Shown here in pieces: positions 39,446 to 51,715 of a stretch of 64,000 nt of DNA. The notes below the pieces were generated by a model that saw only the letters and a program-made list of their open reading frames with translations, made no database searches and had not been told where the DNA came from. The position numbers and the translations under genes are program-made. Numbering within the stretch: the first letter of the stretch is position 1; every line of letters starts with the position of its first letter. The stretch lies in assembly GCF_009914755.1 (NCBI RefSeq), contig NC_060932.1. The stretch is one strand, 5' to 3'. Origin of the DNA: the human T2T-CHM13v2.0 reference genome, Homo sapiens.

Positions 39446-40172
39446 GAAAGACACCAGCTTTCATTGGGAGTCCCTGGGAACCACAGCAACCCCTTACGAG
39501 GAGGGAGGGATGAGTGGCTGGCACCCTATGACAAGTCTCTGTCAGGGCTGACTTCACTGTTTATGCGAGCTGTTCCTTTCACTCCCTGATATTTCCATAG
39601 GAATTAGAAGAGCAAGCATGGTTCATGTTTGCACTTGCTTTCTCTGGAATTTCAGATGTTTGGTACATCAAGGGAAAAAATACTTTAACACATAGAGATC
39701 CATATGGCAGCTTCTTCCTGCAGTGATGATACCTACTCTGGCAACCAGCTAAACAGTTCAAGACTCTTTCAACAAATATTGTTTGAGCAACCCAGGCATG
39801 GAGCTCCCAGACCAATGGGGCAAGCAGACATGGAACAAATGATACCAACAGTGATGAATGCACCAAAGAGAAGTGCACTACTGCAGGAGTGCAGGGGAGT
39901 CCAACCCGGTCTTGAGGAGGAGTCTGGGAAGGTGCCCCTTTCCCAAAAATTCATGTTTAAGTCAAGATGGAGAATTAGGCCAATTGGGAGAGCCTTCAGA
40001 GTAGAAGGAACAGTGTTATAAAGACTGTGAGGTGCCTTCAATGTCCCATAAGGCTGGAGCATAGAGGACAGAGAGAAGTGCATAAGCCCATCAGGCCAGA
40101 AGAAGCAGGAGAGCTCACAAAGAGCCTTGCAGGGCACATAGGGATCGGTATGTCTATCCCTTAGGTCATTAA

Positions 40173-40532
<360 letters not shown>

Positions 40533-41491
40533 TAGCTCTAAAAGAATGCACTGGCTACCCATTGTAGAATGAAGTCCACAGGCCGCCATCCCTTCTCATC
40601 TTAGTTTGGCAGCCTCTCTCAGCCCCCTTAATTGGATCACCAAAGGTCTGCAGCACCCTGGCTTGGTGAACCTCCCTGGAATTATTTCCCACCTCAGAGC
40701 AATCCTCCCTGGAGCAGAGATTGACCAACACCAGCTGGCTGTATCCCTGACATGGGAGCTGCTGAGTGCAGAAAATGAGCCTCGTGGTGGCTTCTGAGTA
40801 TTAGGGAATCAGTGTCTAATCTTTAGTGGGTGACCCAGAGGGTTGAGCTCCTGGCAGGAGAACATTTCATGGGTCTGGGGAGAAGAAAATGCACCAAGGT
40901 AGTTTAATTAAATACACTCATTTTCTCACTGGCTGCACTTCAGTGTGACCTACTTAATTCTGAAGGCAAGTTACTTGGATTTTAGATATGCTTCACCCTA
41001 GAGGAGTAAGACATTTGAACTATGGATTACCTTTAAAGCAACAAACAAAAGGCTTTCATTTATTTTGATGACACCATACACCCACTAATTATTGCCTAGC
41101 TCTGAAAAGGGAAAATATGATTCATTGTAGATTTTTTTGTTTTAATAATGTAAGTTAACACAAATGCACGTGAAAGGAAAGGTTTTAGAGTCTGGCAGAT
41201 CTGGGCGGAAGCCTGGCTCTGGCACCAGCAGCAGGACCTCAGGCACTTTAAATTGCCTGACCCTGAGTTTCCTCTTCTTAAAAAAAAAAGAGGTGGCAGG
41301 GAGTGGGGATCATAACATCTACCTACAACATTGTTGTGACAATGAAGTAGAGCTGGGAATCAAATTCCAACTCCATGATCTTAGATATGAATTGTTTTTC
41401 GAGTCTTTCTATCTTTGTATGCTTAGGTCTGAACATAAGGCTGGCACAAACCCACAAATGTATATTTCATTTCATTTCTACTTTCAACTTT

Positions 41492-41890
41492 TGTATTAGG
41501 CCATTCTTGTGTTGCTATAAAGAAGTACTTGAGGCTGGGTAATTTATAAAGAAAAGAGGCTTAATTGGCTCATGGTTCTGCAGGCTTTACAGAAAGCATG
41601 GTACTGTCATCTGCTTCTGGTGAGGCCTTAGAAGTTTACAATCATGGTGGAAGGTGACGGGCAGCCAGCGTGTCACAGGGCAAGAGCGGGAGAAAGAGTG
41701 GTGGGGGAGGTGCCACACACTTTTAAACAGCCAGATGTCGCATGAACTCATTCATCATCAAAGGGATGGTGCTAAGCCATTCATGAAGGATATGCCCCAT
41801 GATCCAAATACCTCCCACCCAGCCCCACCTCCAACACGGGATTACATTTCAAGACGAGATTTGGAGGAGACAAGTATCAAAACTATATCA
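41492..41890 (-). mobile_element. MaLR LTR MSTA-like
   Basis: tgtattaggccattcttgtgttgctataaagaagtacttgaggctgggtaatttataaagaaaagagg..aactatatca. Confidence 0.88.
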
Positions 41891-42043
41891 GCCTTCATCC
41901 CAACGATGCCCAGTCTTTCCTTTTAAACATTGCTCAAGAATCCTCTGCTCTGTGAGGACTAACCATGCCTGATTTGAGCCATTAAATATCCCACAGTTTC
42001 TTACGAACAACTATAATTTTTTTCCATCTACATGTACTGTTAG

Positions 42044-42114
42044 GGTGCCTTGAGGAACATTACCATCTGACTGCCCTACAGAAAGTTGGGCATCCCAACC
42101 ATTGATTTAAAAAG
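42044..42114 (+). CDS. BAALC: BAALC alternative exon 4 (71 nt; coding to TGA at 42103-42105: (G)CLEEHYHLTALQKVGHPNH*)
   Basis: Acceptor tactgttag|, donor AAG|GTAGGA; phase-1 translation matches the recalled C-terminus of the exon-4-containing isoform. Confidence 0.82.
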
Positions 42115-42399
42115 GTAGGACTTTTTTTTGTAAAATAGGCATTGCAATGTATTGATTCCTATGTGGTGTTTCTGTTCTTATGTATCATTATATTTGACTA
42201 CTATTTTTGATAGCATATTTGATGATTAAATGTGATATAATAACTAAAAAATAAATAGCCTAATATTCTGGGTGAGTCTAAAGCTATTACTAATTAGAAA
42301 AGACAAAATGTGACATGGCTCTATTTCTTAAAAATCATTCTTATTTCACGAGTAATATATCAAAAAAGGTGGTAGAAATGTTATAGATAATGCCCTTTT

Positions 42400-43330
42400 G
42401 ATCATCCCGTGATCCTGGTCCCCTGCCTTTTCCCCAAAGACAAACATTGTTATCAGTTTGTTGGGCATCTCTCTAGTTTGTTTTCTGTGTGTATATGTGT
42501 GTGTATGTATCCCTGTACAAAAATAGCATAACATAGATATAATATAGTTTTTTAAACATAAAAGCTGGCCAGGCTCCATGGCTCACACCTGTAATCCCAG
42601 CACTTTGGGAGGTTGAGACAGGCAGATTACCTGAGGTCAGGAGTTTCAGACCAGCCGGGGCAACATGGTGAAACCCTGTCTGTATTAAAAATACAAAAAA
42701 AAAAAAATTGCCAGGTGTGGTGGTGCACATCTGTAGTTCCAGCAACTCAGGAGGCTGAGGCAGGAGAATTGCTTGAACCCAGGAGACGGAGCTTGCAGTG
42801 AGCCGAAATTGTGCCACTGCACTCCAGCCTAGGCAACAGAGTGAGACTCTGAAAGCTGTCATTTGCACATATTTATGCTCTACTTGCTTTTCCATTCATC
42901 ACTATGTATTTCTATCTATATAAGTCTACTTTATTAGCTTTAAATTGCTATATAGAATTCCATAGTCTAGATAAACCACAATTTATTTAGTAATTATCCA
43001 CCTGAAGAATGGCTACATTGATTATATTTTTCATTATTACAGTGGTGTAAAGAACATCTTCAACAACCCCGTTTGTGCAATGGTTAAGAGGTTTTCTAAA
43101 GCAGATATTGAAGACTGAAATTGCTGAGTTATTTTGATGTGCACATTTTAAACATGAATAGGCTCTGCCAATTGCCCTCCAAAATGGACAGTTTTACCTG
43201 CACTTCCACCAGCAGTATATGAGAGAATGTGTTAACACACATCCTTTCAACATGTAATATTATCAGACTTTTTAACTTTTGCCATTCTGATGGGTAAGAA
43301 ATGATATATTATTTAAATTTTGCATAGCTC
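42400..43330 (-). mobile_element. Old L1 (L1ME-type) split by an Alu
   Basis: cacttccaccagcagtatatgaga..ttttgccattctgatgggt; ataaaccacaatttattt. Confidence 0.65.
42567..42851 (+). mobile_element. Alu (AluS) lacking a poly-A tail
   Basis: Dimer ends at gagactctg; aaagct on both flanks (42561-42566, 42852-42857). Confidence 0.92.
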
Positions 43331-43597
43331 TATTTTTCAGTAATTCTTCAATAAGCCATAAGTTCCCAATTAAATTACAGATACATAAAGGGTTCAGATA
43401 GGCAAGTGTTTTATATTCCCCTCTAACAGCACAGTGCTAGGCACAGGGTAAGCACCCAAGGGATACTAGATAATTGATTGATTGCTTTGAGCGATTTTAA
43501 AATTTTAAGAATTAAAACAATTCAGTTGATTGAATTCAAATTTTGATTGGCCAAAATATATTTCTTACATCTAATAAAGATGTATCATCTAATTTCT

Positions 43598-44311
43598 TTC
43601 TTTTTTTTTTTAACTTTTAAGTTCAGGGGTACAAGTATTAAGTTTGTTACACAGGTAAACTTGTGTCATGGGGGTTTGTTGTACAGATTATTTCATTACC
43701 CAGGTATTAAGTCTAGTACCCATTAGTTATTTTTCCTGATCTTCTCCCTCCTCCCACCCTCCACCCTCCAATAGGCCTCAGTGTGTGTTGTTTCCCCCTA
43801 TGTGTCCATGTGTTCTCATCATTAAGCTCCACTTATCAGTGAGAACATGTGGCATTTGTTTTTCTGTTCCTGTGTTAGTCTGCTAAGAATAATGGCCTCC
43901 ATCTCCATCCATGTTACTGCAAAGGACGTGATCTTGTTCTTTTTTATGGCTGCATAGTATTCTATGGTGTATATATACAACATTTTCTTTATCTAGTCTA
44001 TCACCAAGGGGCATTTAAGTGGATTCCATGTCTTTACTATTGTGAATAGTGCTGCAATGAACATGCAAGGGTATGTGTTTTTATAATACAATGAGATACC
44101 ATCTAACACCAGTCAGAATGGTTATTATTAAAGGGTCAAAAAATAACAGATGCTGGTGAGGTTGTGGAGAAAAAGGACACTTATATACTGTTGGTGGGAA
44201 TGTAAATTTGTTCAGCCATTCTGGAAGACAGTGTGGCAAAACCTCAAAGACTGAAAGATGAAAATACCTTTCAACCCAGCAATCCCATTACTAGGTATAT
44301 ACCCAAAGGAA
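43598..44311 (-). mobile_element. 5'-inverted (twin-primed) L1PA/L1PB 3' fragment
   Basis: Poly-T plus L1 3' end on the minus strand to about 44088, then ORF2 C-terminal sequence on the plus strand; perfect 15-bp TSD tatcatctaatttct (43583-43597, 44312-44326). Confidence 0.9.
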
Positions 44312-44526
44312 TATCATCTAATTTCTAATATCCACCTCAGAGAAAAATTTAGTGCCAACTACAGTTGATGTGGAAATAGCCTAATGAAAAGGCTAGTTGT
44401 ACTAAGGTCAGAAAATGTCAAGGAGTAAAAAACAAACAAAAACAACCAGGAAAACAGCTGCCACTTCTTTAAAAGGCTAACCACCCCCAAAAATAATTCA
44501 ACCAAAGAGTAAAAGACAACAGGGAC

Positions 44527-44880
44527 TGTCTTCCTCTGTTCTGGCTTAGACTGAAATACCTATACTGGATAATTTATAAGTAACAGAAAATTATTTCTCA
44601 CAGTTCTGGAGGCTGAGAAGTCCAAGATCAAGGCACCAACAGATTCAGTGTCTGATGAAGGCTTGTTCTCTGCTTCAAAGATGGCACCTCTTGCTGTGTT
44701 CTCACATGGTGGGTCAATGAGCTCCCTTCAACCTCTTTTATAAGGGCACCAATATCGTTCATGAAGACAGAACCGTCATGGCAATTGCTTCCTAAAGGTC
44801 CTGCCTCTTAATACTATTGCATTGGGGGTTAGATTTATACATATGAATTTTGGGGGGACACCAACATTCAGACCATAGCA
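44527..44880 (-). mobile_element. MaLR solo LTR (MSTC/MSTD/MLT1A-type) hosting BAALC exon 5
   Basis: TG..CA ends (tgtctt.. / ..cagaccatagca), near-TSD gggac/gggag, typical tttctcacagttctggaggctgagaagtccaagatcaagg. Confidence 0.88.
44604..44708 (+). CDS. BAALC: BAALC alternative exon 5 (105 nt, frame-preserving: (V)[34 protein letters not shown](G))
   Basis: Acceptor ttatttctcacag|, donor ATG|GTGGGT; phase 1-1, no stop; matches the recalled 35-aa insert of the long isoform. Confidence 0.88.
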
Positions 44881-46111
44881 GGGAGGAAAATTGCATTAGA
44901 ATACTTTTTCCCTAAAGAAAAATTCCAGTGACTAAGAAAAAGAGTCTAAAGTGAAGGCCATCAAGCATCCTATCGTACTAGGTACCTTTGGAGCAGTTTA
45001 AGGGAGTCATCTCCAGGGCGTTTTAAAATCTCTGACTGATTAAATCTGCTGACTTTGTGGAAAGAGATCAGGCTACAAGCAGGGAAAATTGTCTGGATAT
45101 GTAAGGAAATGAAGTAAGAATCAAAGATCAAAGTAGGTCTCCGTATTCAAGCAGAAAGGAGGCCATGATGGGCAGGGCCTTGGCCAAGGAAAGTCAGCAA
45201 CTCTTCCTGAGTAAATCAGCCACCAGAGGGGCATTATGATTCTGAGGACCACCCCTCATGTGCAACCCCTGGGACTTTGTTCCCAGGCACCTGTTGGTCA
45301 CCCTAGGGGAGCATTCCATGGTAAGGTTGCTGCTTGTTGGGATTGTACAGGTAAACAATTCCCTGAAGAGACCATTTGAGCCTGAGTAAGAAGGTGAGAT
45401 CTACACTGTGTCACACGGAAGAGGAAGGAGGAGTTAGACATGTGGATGGATAAGACATATTGCCTTCTAAATGTTCTCCACTTTGCCTTGTTCTCCCTCT
45501 CTTAAGGAGAATTAGGTTAATGCCCATTCAAATTCTTCTCTTTCTTCTCCCTCCAATGAGAATTCAGTCTTTGTCATCTATGCCCTGTATCCTCTCTGGT
45601 GTAGAATTGAGGAACTAGGCAGAGACAGGGAGAAGCAGCAAGGAAAGGAAGGTGGTTGGAAAAAGGATTTAGCTGAGAGACTGCAACCTACTGCTAAACT
45701 AGAAGCCTCAGATGTAAACCCAGCACCCAGCATAGAGCCTGGCACATAGTAGGTACCAAATAAATAGTTTTCAAATAATTAGCTGATTGAAAGACAAGTG
45801 ACAAAGGAAAGAATAAATCATCTGTGATGAGGAGGAAGCAGATGAAGGAAGAATGAAACAGGAGAAATGTTGGCAGATAAAGGTGGAAAATGGAATCGTA
45901 TTGTATAGTCTCAATTTTTAGAATCTATACATGTCTATGCACTGAAGTTTTGGGACACAGTAGGCAAAATGTCAATAGTAGTTATTCCTGGTAGATAAGA
46001 TTATGAGTAATTTTGTTTACTTTTTTCTTACCAATATAGTACAGTTTTCTACATGAAACACCTATTTCTTATGTGAGATCATAAATGTTATTTTATAAAA
46101 AGAAATGCAAG

Positions 46112-46493
46112 GTAATATGGCCTGAGCTGTGTACCCCTAAAATTCATGGCTTGAAGGCCTTTCCCCAGCGCCTCAGAATGTGATTATAATTGAAGATAGG
46201 GCCTTTAAAGAGGTAATTAAGGTAAGATGAGGTTATTTGGGTAGGCACAAATCCAGTATGACTGGTGTCATAAGAAGAGATTAGGACACAGACACACTCA
46301 GAGGGAAGACCATGTGAAGACAGAGGGAGAAGACATCTATCTACAAGCCAAAGAGAGAGGTCTCAGGAGAAACCAACCTGTTGACACCTTGATCTTGGAC
46401 TTCCAGCCTACAGGACTATGAGAAAATAAATATCTCTTGGTTAAGCCATCAGTCTGTGGTACTTTGTTATGGCAGCCTGAGCAGACTAATACA
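46112..46493 (+). mobile_element. MaLR LTR MLT1B-like
   Basis: cctcagaatgtgattataattgaagatagggcctttaaagaggtaattaagg..gacaccttgatcttggacttccagcct..gcagactaataca. Confidence 0.85.
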
Positions 46494-47367
46494 GAAGGTA
46501 CACATTTTAAAAGTGTCAGAGAATGATTCAAGGAGACACAAAGAGGAAAGAGAAGAGCATAAGAGAAGTGTTTTGAGCAATTTGGGAGGAAGGCTCTGGT
46601 AAAATATAGAGTATTGTTATAATCCTAGCAATATTGCATACCTTAGAATAGTAAGATATAAACACCTTTGGTGGGATAGAGAGCTGAATTTCATGACCGA
46701 GTTGGGACACCCCACAGTAATTAACATAAAGATATGGCAGTACCTGCCTTGAAGAATCTGCTCTGTGGTGCTCTTGAAGCAAAGGTGAAGAAGTTTCAAG
46801 GAAGGGAGGCACCTCTGAGAGGAGCAAAGGGAGAGAGGAAAGTAAGTACGCCCTCAGAGAAGACTGGCAGGTCCAAAGGGTAGCACTAGAGAGAAGGCAA
46901 GTGAGATTTTTACTTTTCCTTTTGGCTGCCTTCCAGTTCATTAGCTTGTCTGTTGTCTCCTGGGCATCTTTTTGGGAAGAGAAGAATTCAGGCCCATTTC
47001 GCCAAAGACAAATAGGACTCTCCTTGCTTCTGCCTCCTGTCCTGTCAGTTCCAGTTGTCGGTGTCAGCAGGCTCCTGCCTCACATGCTGCTGGGTACCAT
47101 GGGGAAGCCATTTCCCCTACCAAACCCTATGGCCAACGGCAGATGTTACAGGCTGGTGGTTCATCACAGGGAACAGTGGTCTTCCAATATCTTCCTAGTC
47201 AGGACCCATGTCCTTTGGGGGCTGTTGCTAGTGCTACATTGTCTAGTATATGAGTCCACTAGTCAGTTTCTCTCCTTGATCATTGCTGTTCAAATCCAAA
47301 TGTGCTTCTATATTTTCTTTAGTCAATAAACATTCCAAAATGTACTGCTCACCATTTGAAAAATGAC

Positions 47368-48685
47368 AGCTTTGTTGAGGTATAATTCACATACCATACA
47401 ATTGACCCATTTAAAGCATACAATTAAATGATTTTTTAAATTCCTGGGGTTGTGCAACCACCCCCACAATCAATTTTAGAACATTTTCATTGCATCAAAA
47501 AGAAACCCTGAACTTATTAACAGTCACTGTCATTTCCTCCCAAACCCCCAGCCCTACATAACCACTACTTTTCTATCTATAGAATTGCCTATTTCTGAAC
47601 ATTTCATATAAATGGAATTATATAATATGTGGCCTTCTGTAACTGGCTTCTTTCACGTAGCGTAATGGTTTCAAGGTTCATCAATGTCGTAGTATATATC
47701 AGTACTTCATTTCTTGTCAAACTGCCAAATAATATTCCATTGTATATACATAAAATACTTTATTTATCTATTCATCAATTGATGGATATTCGGGTTGTTT
47801 CTACTTTTTGGCTTTTATAAATAAGATTGCTAAGAACACTCATGAACAAGTTTTTGTGTGGATACAGGCTTTCGTTTCTCTTGGGTGTATACCCTACAGG
47901 AATTTCTGGGTTATGGTACCACTATGTTCAACCTTTTACAGAATTGCAGACTGAAAGCAGCTGTACCATTTAGTCTTCCCACCAGCAGTGTATGAGATTT
48001 CCAAATTCTCTACATTTCTGAGAACACTTATTCTGTATCTTTTTTTTATTATAGCCCCATCCTAGTGGGTGTGAAGTGGTATATCCTTGTGGTTTTTGAT
48101 ATGCATTTCTTTGATAGCTAATGATGCTGAGTATCTTTTCATGTGTTTATTGGCCATTTGCATATCTTCTATAAAGAAATGTCTACTCAGGTCCTTTGCT
48201 GATGTTTTATCTGGATTATTTATCTTTTTTATTATTGAGTTGTAGGAGTTCTTTGAAAGTTAGTTCCTTACCAAATATATAATTTGTAAACTTTTTCTCC
48301 TATTCTGTGGATTGCCTTTTCACTTTCTTCATGGTGTCCTTTGAATCACAAAAGTTTTCAGTTTTGATAATGCTCATTATATCTATTTTTCATTGTTGTT
48401 GCTTGTGCTTTTGGGGTCATTTCTAAGAAACAATTGGATAATCCAAGGTCATGAAGACTTACATCTATATTTTCCTTTCAGTGTTTTATGATTTTAGCCC
48501 TTACATTTAGATCTTTGATCCTTTTGACTTAGTTTTTGTATATGGTGTGAAGTAGGGGTGCACTTCATTATTTTGCATGTAGATATTCAGTTGTCATAGC
48601 ACATGTGTTGAAAAACTATTCTTTACCCATTGAAGTGTCTTGGCACCATTGTCCAGAAAAAAATGACCATAAATTTAAGGGTTGC
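47368..48685 (-). mobile_element. L1MB-type 3' region
   Basis: cagctttgttgaggtataattcacataccatacaattgacccatttaaag..ccatcctagtgggtgtgaagtggtat..tatggtgtgaagtagggg. Confidence 0.88.
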
Positions 48686-49472
48686 TCAATATTTTCTAAG
48701 AATGTGTTTGTAATAGCCATGCAAAAGGTCACATATTATAGTATTATACATAGTATGTGGCCAACAATTTCTCATCAGATTGAAGAAATGACACTGTCCC
48801 ATTCTAGTTCATTTTAAAGATGAAACAAATTCTTAGTAAGTGGCTGAGCAATCACAGCTTGTTTTACTTATACCTCAGTTTAGACAAAATTATTATCTGC
48901 CATGTGTTCAGGACCTGAGAGCCCAGACAGTGTTTGATGAACCAGAGTTTCACTGGCTGTGATTTTAGGAGATTCTTTCCATATTGATTGCCAATGTCTT
49001 ATACTTTGGTTTTCTGTCATTGAGGAGAATGACTTGCAGGTTGTTTCTGATGATTTTGGACCAACTCTCTGTGACCACCTTCACCAAGGAAAGCCAGGTG
49101 CTCAAGCTAAGGAGAAATTACCCCTTGACCTGCTCTCCACATGGCTTCTAGCTACCATTTTTAATTTCTGTACTCTTCCCTCCTGCCCAGCTCCATTTCC
49201 AAAATAGCAAGAAGCTTTGGCTTGGCAAGGAATCCCTGGGGTTGCAATTTATCAGCAAGCTGTGGACACAGCTATTTCCTATCTTTTGGCAAGGTTCAGT
49301 GATTTGACTTGTTTCCTGCATGGAATGAAAATTTTGTGAAGGGTGTCAAACAAGAAATACTCTAGGGGCACATAAATGTCTCCTAATTTACTGGTACAGA
49401 CTTCACTATGGAAAAAATATACATGAGTACTTTGTGACCCTCAAAACTAACACGAGTGTTGATCTCTATGTC

Positions 49473-49525
49473 AGATAGATAGATGATAGATAGATAGATA
49501 GATCTATATATATCTATAATATAGA
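49473..49525 (+). repeat. (GATA)n / TA-rich microsatellite
   Basis: agatagatagatgatagatagatagatagatctatatatatctata. Confidence 0.85.
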
Positions 49526-49544
49526 TGAGCCTCTGCAGTCTTTA

Positions 49545-49718
49545 GAATCCCCTGCCTTAGAATCCCTGGGGGTGGGATACAGGGAACTTGTTAAGATGCA
49601 TATTCCTGGGCCCCTACTGAATCAGAAGTTCTGGAGGAATGAATGTAGAGATCTGCATTTTAACAGACACCCCAGGTGAGTTTCATGTAGTTTCATGCAT
49701 TAAAATTTGAGAACTGCC
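49545..49718. mobile_element. MER5-like hAT-Charlie element
   Basis: tactgaatcagaag..atctgcattttaacagacaccccaggtga..aaaatttgagaactgc. Confidence 0.75.
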
Positions 49719-49942
49719 TACTTGGGAGTTTTTGCTAATACCACAAGCTTTGGAAACATACGGAACCTGGGTTAAACTTCAATTTCTTCTTCTGTAAAAT
49801 AAGGGTAATTCTCCTGTCTCCCCAGCACGAGAGGAGTGGTGTGGAGTAGACATGCAAATAGAGCCCAGGGTTTAGTACAGTGCAACTTTCACAACAATGT
49901 CCCCACTCTGGGGCACTTGATGAGCATTTTGCATAACCCCAA

Positions 49943-50020
49943 TAGGGTTGCCAGATAAAATTGAAGACACCCAGTTAAACTTTTATCTCAGAAAAATAAT
50001 AAGTTTTGAATATAAGTGTG
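49943..50020. mobile_element. MER53-like fragment
   Basis: tagggttgccagataaaattgaagacacccagttaaac. Confidence 0.65.
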
Positions 50021-50349
50021 GCAGCAGTGCTGAGGGCAGTTTCCAGAGTCTAGGGTTGGTGGAAAGATTTAGGAAGTTGTCCCTTGATAGCCTCCATGCC
50101 TCAACCTCCAGCCTTCCCAGAAACACTGTGAGCTCCCAGATTATTTTAATAAATCCTTTTCTAAAGCTTTAATTCTCTAATCAATTTCTGTTGCTTACAG
50201 CTGAGAACCCTGACTGATACAGCATCTGTAACTCTCTACTCAACAACTGACCATCTGTCTTCCATTCTCCTCAGTTCCCTGAGCTCTCCCTGAAGTCATC
50301 AGGGAGACTTAATTGAACAATCTCTCAGGCTTTTCTTGCTGAGAGATTT

Positions 50350-51088
50350 TCTTGGAGAAGTATGTAGAGGTCATGGTCCACCCAAGACAACCTGCAAGGA
50401 GGAAGGAGCTAGGGAAATAAAAACCTGACCTCAATGTGCCGCCGCAGACCCTTCCCCTCTAAAGCTAATTCCTCCCATTGGTCAAACCCCACTAGAAGCC
50501 GGTGGACAAGAGAGCCTGTTGACATGTGCATTCAGTTCAGTCGTCTCCTGGGACACAGACCAGGGTAGAGAGAAGGGGAGAGTGAGACTGGAGGGGCAGA
50601 AGAAATACATCCAACAAGCAGGGTATGTATATTGTCTTGGCTCTGGTAGTAACAGAGCCTGAGATGGAGATTTTGTGCAAGTGACTCCTAGGGGCATTCC
50701 TGGGAGAAGAGTGTGAAGGAGGGAGGGAGAGAAGCAGGATGGGGCAGGACAAGGAGCTGAGCAAAGATGTGGTTTCAGGATTAGTCTAGCCTCAGCCTGA
50801 TCCTATGGGTCACTTTGGAGTGAAAGGACAGAAATTGCTTAGAAGCAAAGGAGCTGGGCTATTGTACCCACTCTCCCCACCAACAGGTATTTTTAGTTGG
50901 TCATTAGCATGGACTGCCACTGATATTAATATAATCGGCAAGGCTTCTCCTGGTAAGGGGGCTCCCTTCAGTCAAGGGCAAGCCTTAGGAGAAGAAGCCA
51001 GGGGTGAGCTGTTAGCTACCAACATCCACCACACCTGGGGATGGGTGCAGGGTCAGGTGTGTGGATCTGGGCAGGCACTAATAGCATC
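50350..51088 (-). mobile_element. Adjacent old ERVL LTRs (LTR33-like, then LTR16-like)
   Basis: gtcaaaccccactagaagcc..gagactggaggggcaga; aacagagcctgagatggagattttgtgcaagtga..agaagcaggatggggcagg. Family names tentative. Confidence 0.55.
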
Positions 51089-51715
51089 TGTTGGAAGGAC
51101 ATACAGCTCTGTTGACAGGTCCAGGGGAGGAAAAAATAACTTTCTTTCCACTCTTAGTTCTTAGCTGTGATTAATTCTGTAATGAAAGACAGATTAATAA
51201 GATAAAAGCAAACAGAAGCTCATTAACACGTATATTTTACATATACATGGGAGATATCTAGGCAATTACTAAATCTCAAAGAAGTGGCTTGGAATTCCAG
51301 CGTATGTAGCATCTTCAACAAAAACCAGTAAATTTTTAGAGAAGTGACAAGACAAAGGAAAAGGACTTTGAGTCTCTAGGGGTAAAAAATTATGGGAAGG
51401 CAGATAGACAGTAGATAAAGGCTAGTTAGTAAAGCTTGTTAATGTAGATTCCTCTGGTGCCCTCTCCAGGCTGATAAGGGTCTGAAGTTGTCTTCAGTGA
51501 TCAACCTTTGTCTTTCCTGGTAGAGAGGGGAAGAAGCCTTTCCTCTTGTTTAGTGACCAGTGAAAAGTAAATTTATGCCCTACTTTTAGGCAAATGGCAG
51601 GGGGAGGGGGCAGGTGGGAGGCGGTGACAGAGAACTACTTCTCCATTGCCTTCAGCTTAAAATAATCCTTATGCCAAAGTGGCACATTTTGGGGTGGCAT
51701 ATTCTGGTCTCCTAC
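51089..51715 (-). mobile_element. ERV1 LTR (MER34-type)
   Basis: aaagacagattaataagataaaagc..gccttcagcttaaaataatccttatgccaaagtggcacattttggggtggcatattctggtctcctaca. Confidence 0.75.

Noticed and set aside
46901-47329. 142-aa hydrophobic ORF resembling a signal-peptide protein
   Set aside because: Starts at GTG, no evident codon bias, no recognisable homology or exon boundaries; expected by chance.
51597-51625. G-rich run inside the MER34-type LTR
   Set aside because: Only three tracts of three or more G; not a canonical quadruplex and not near an exon.
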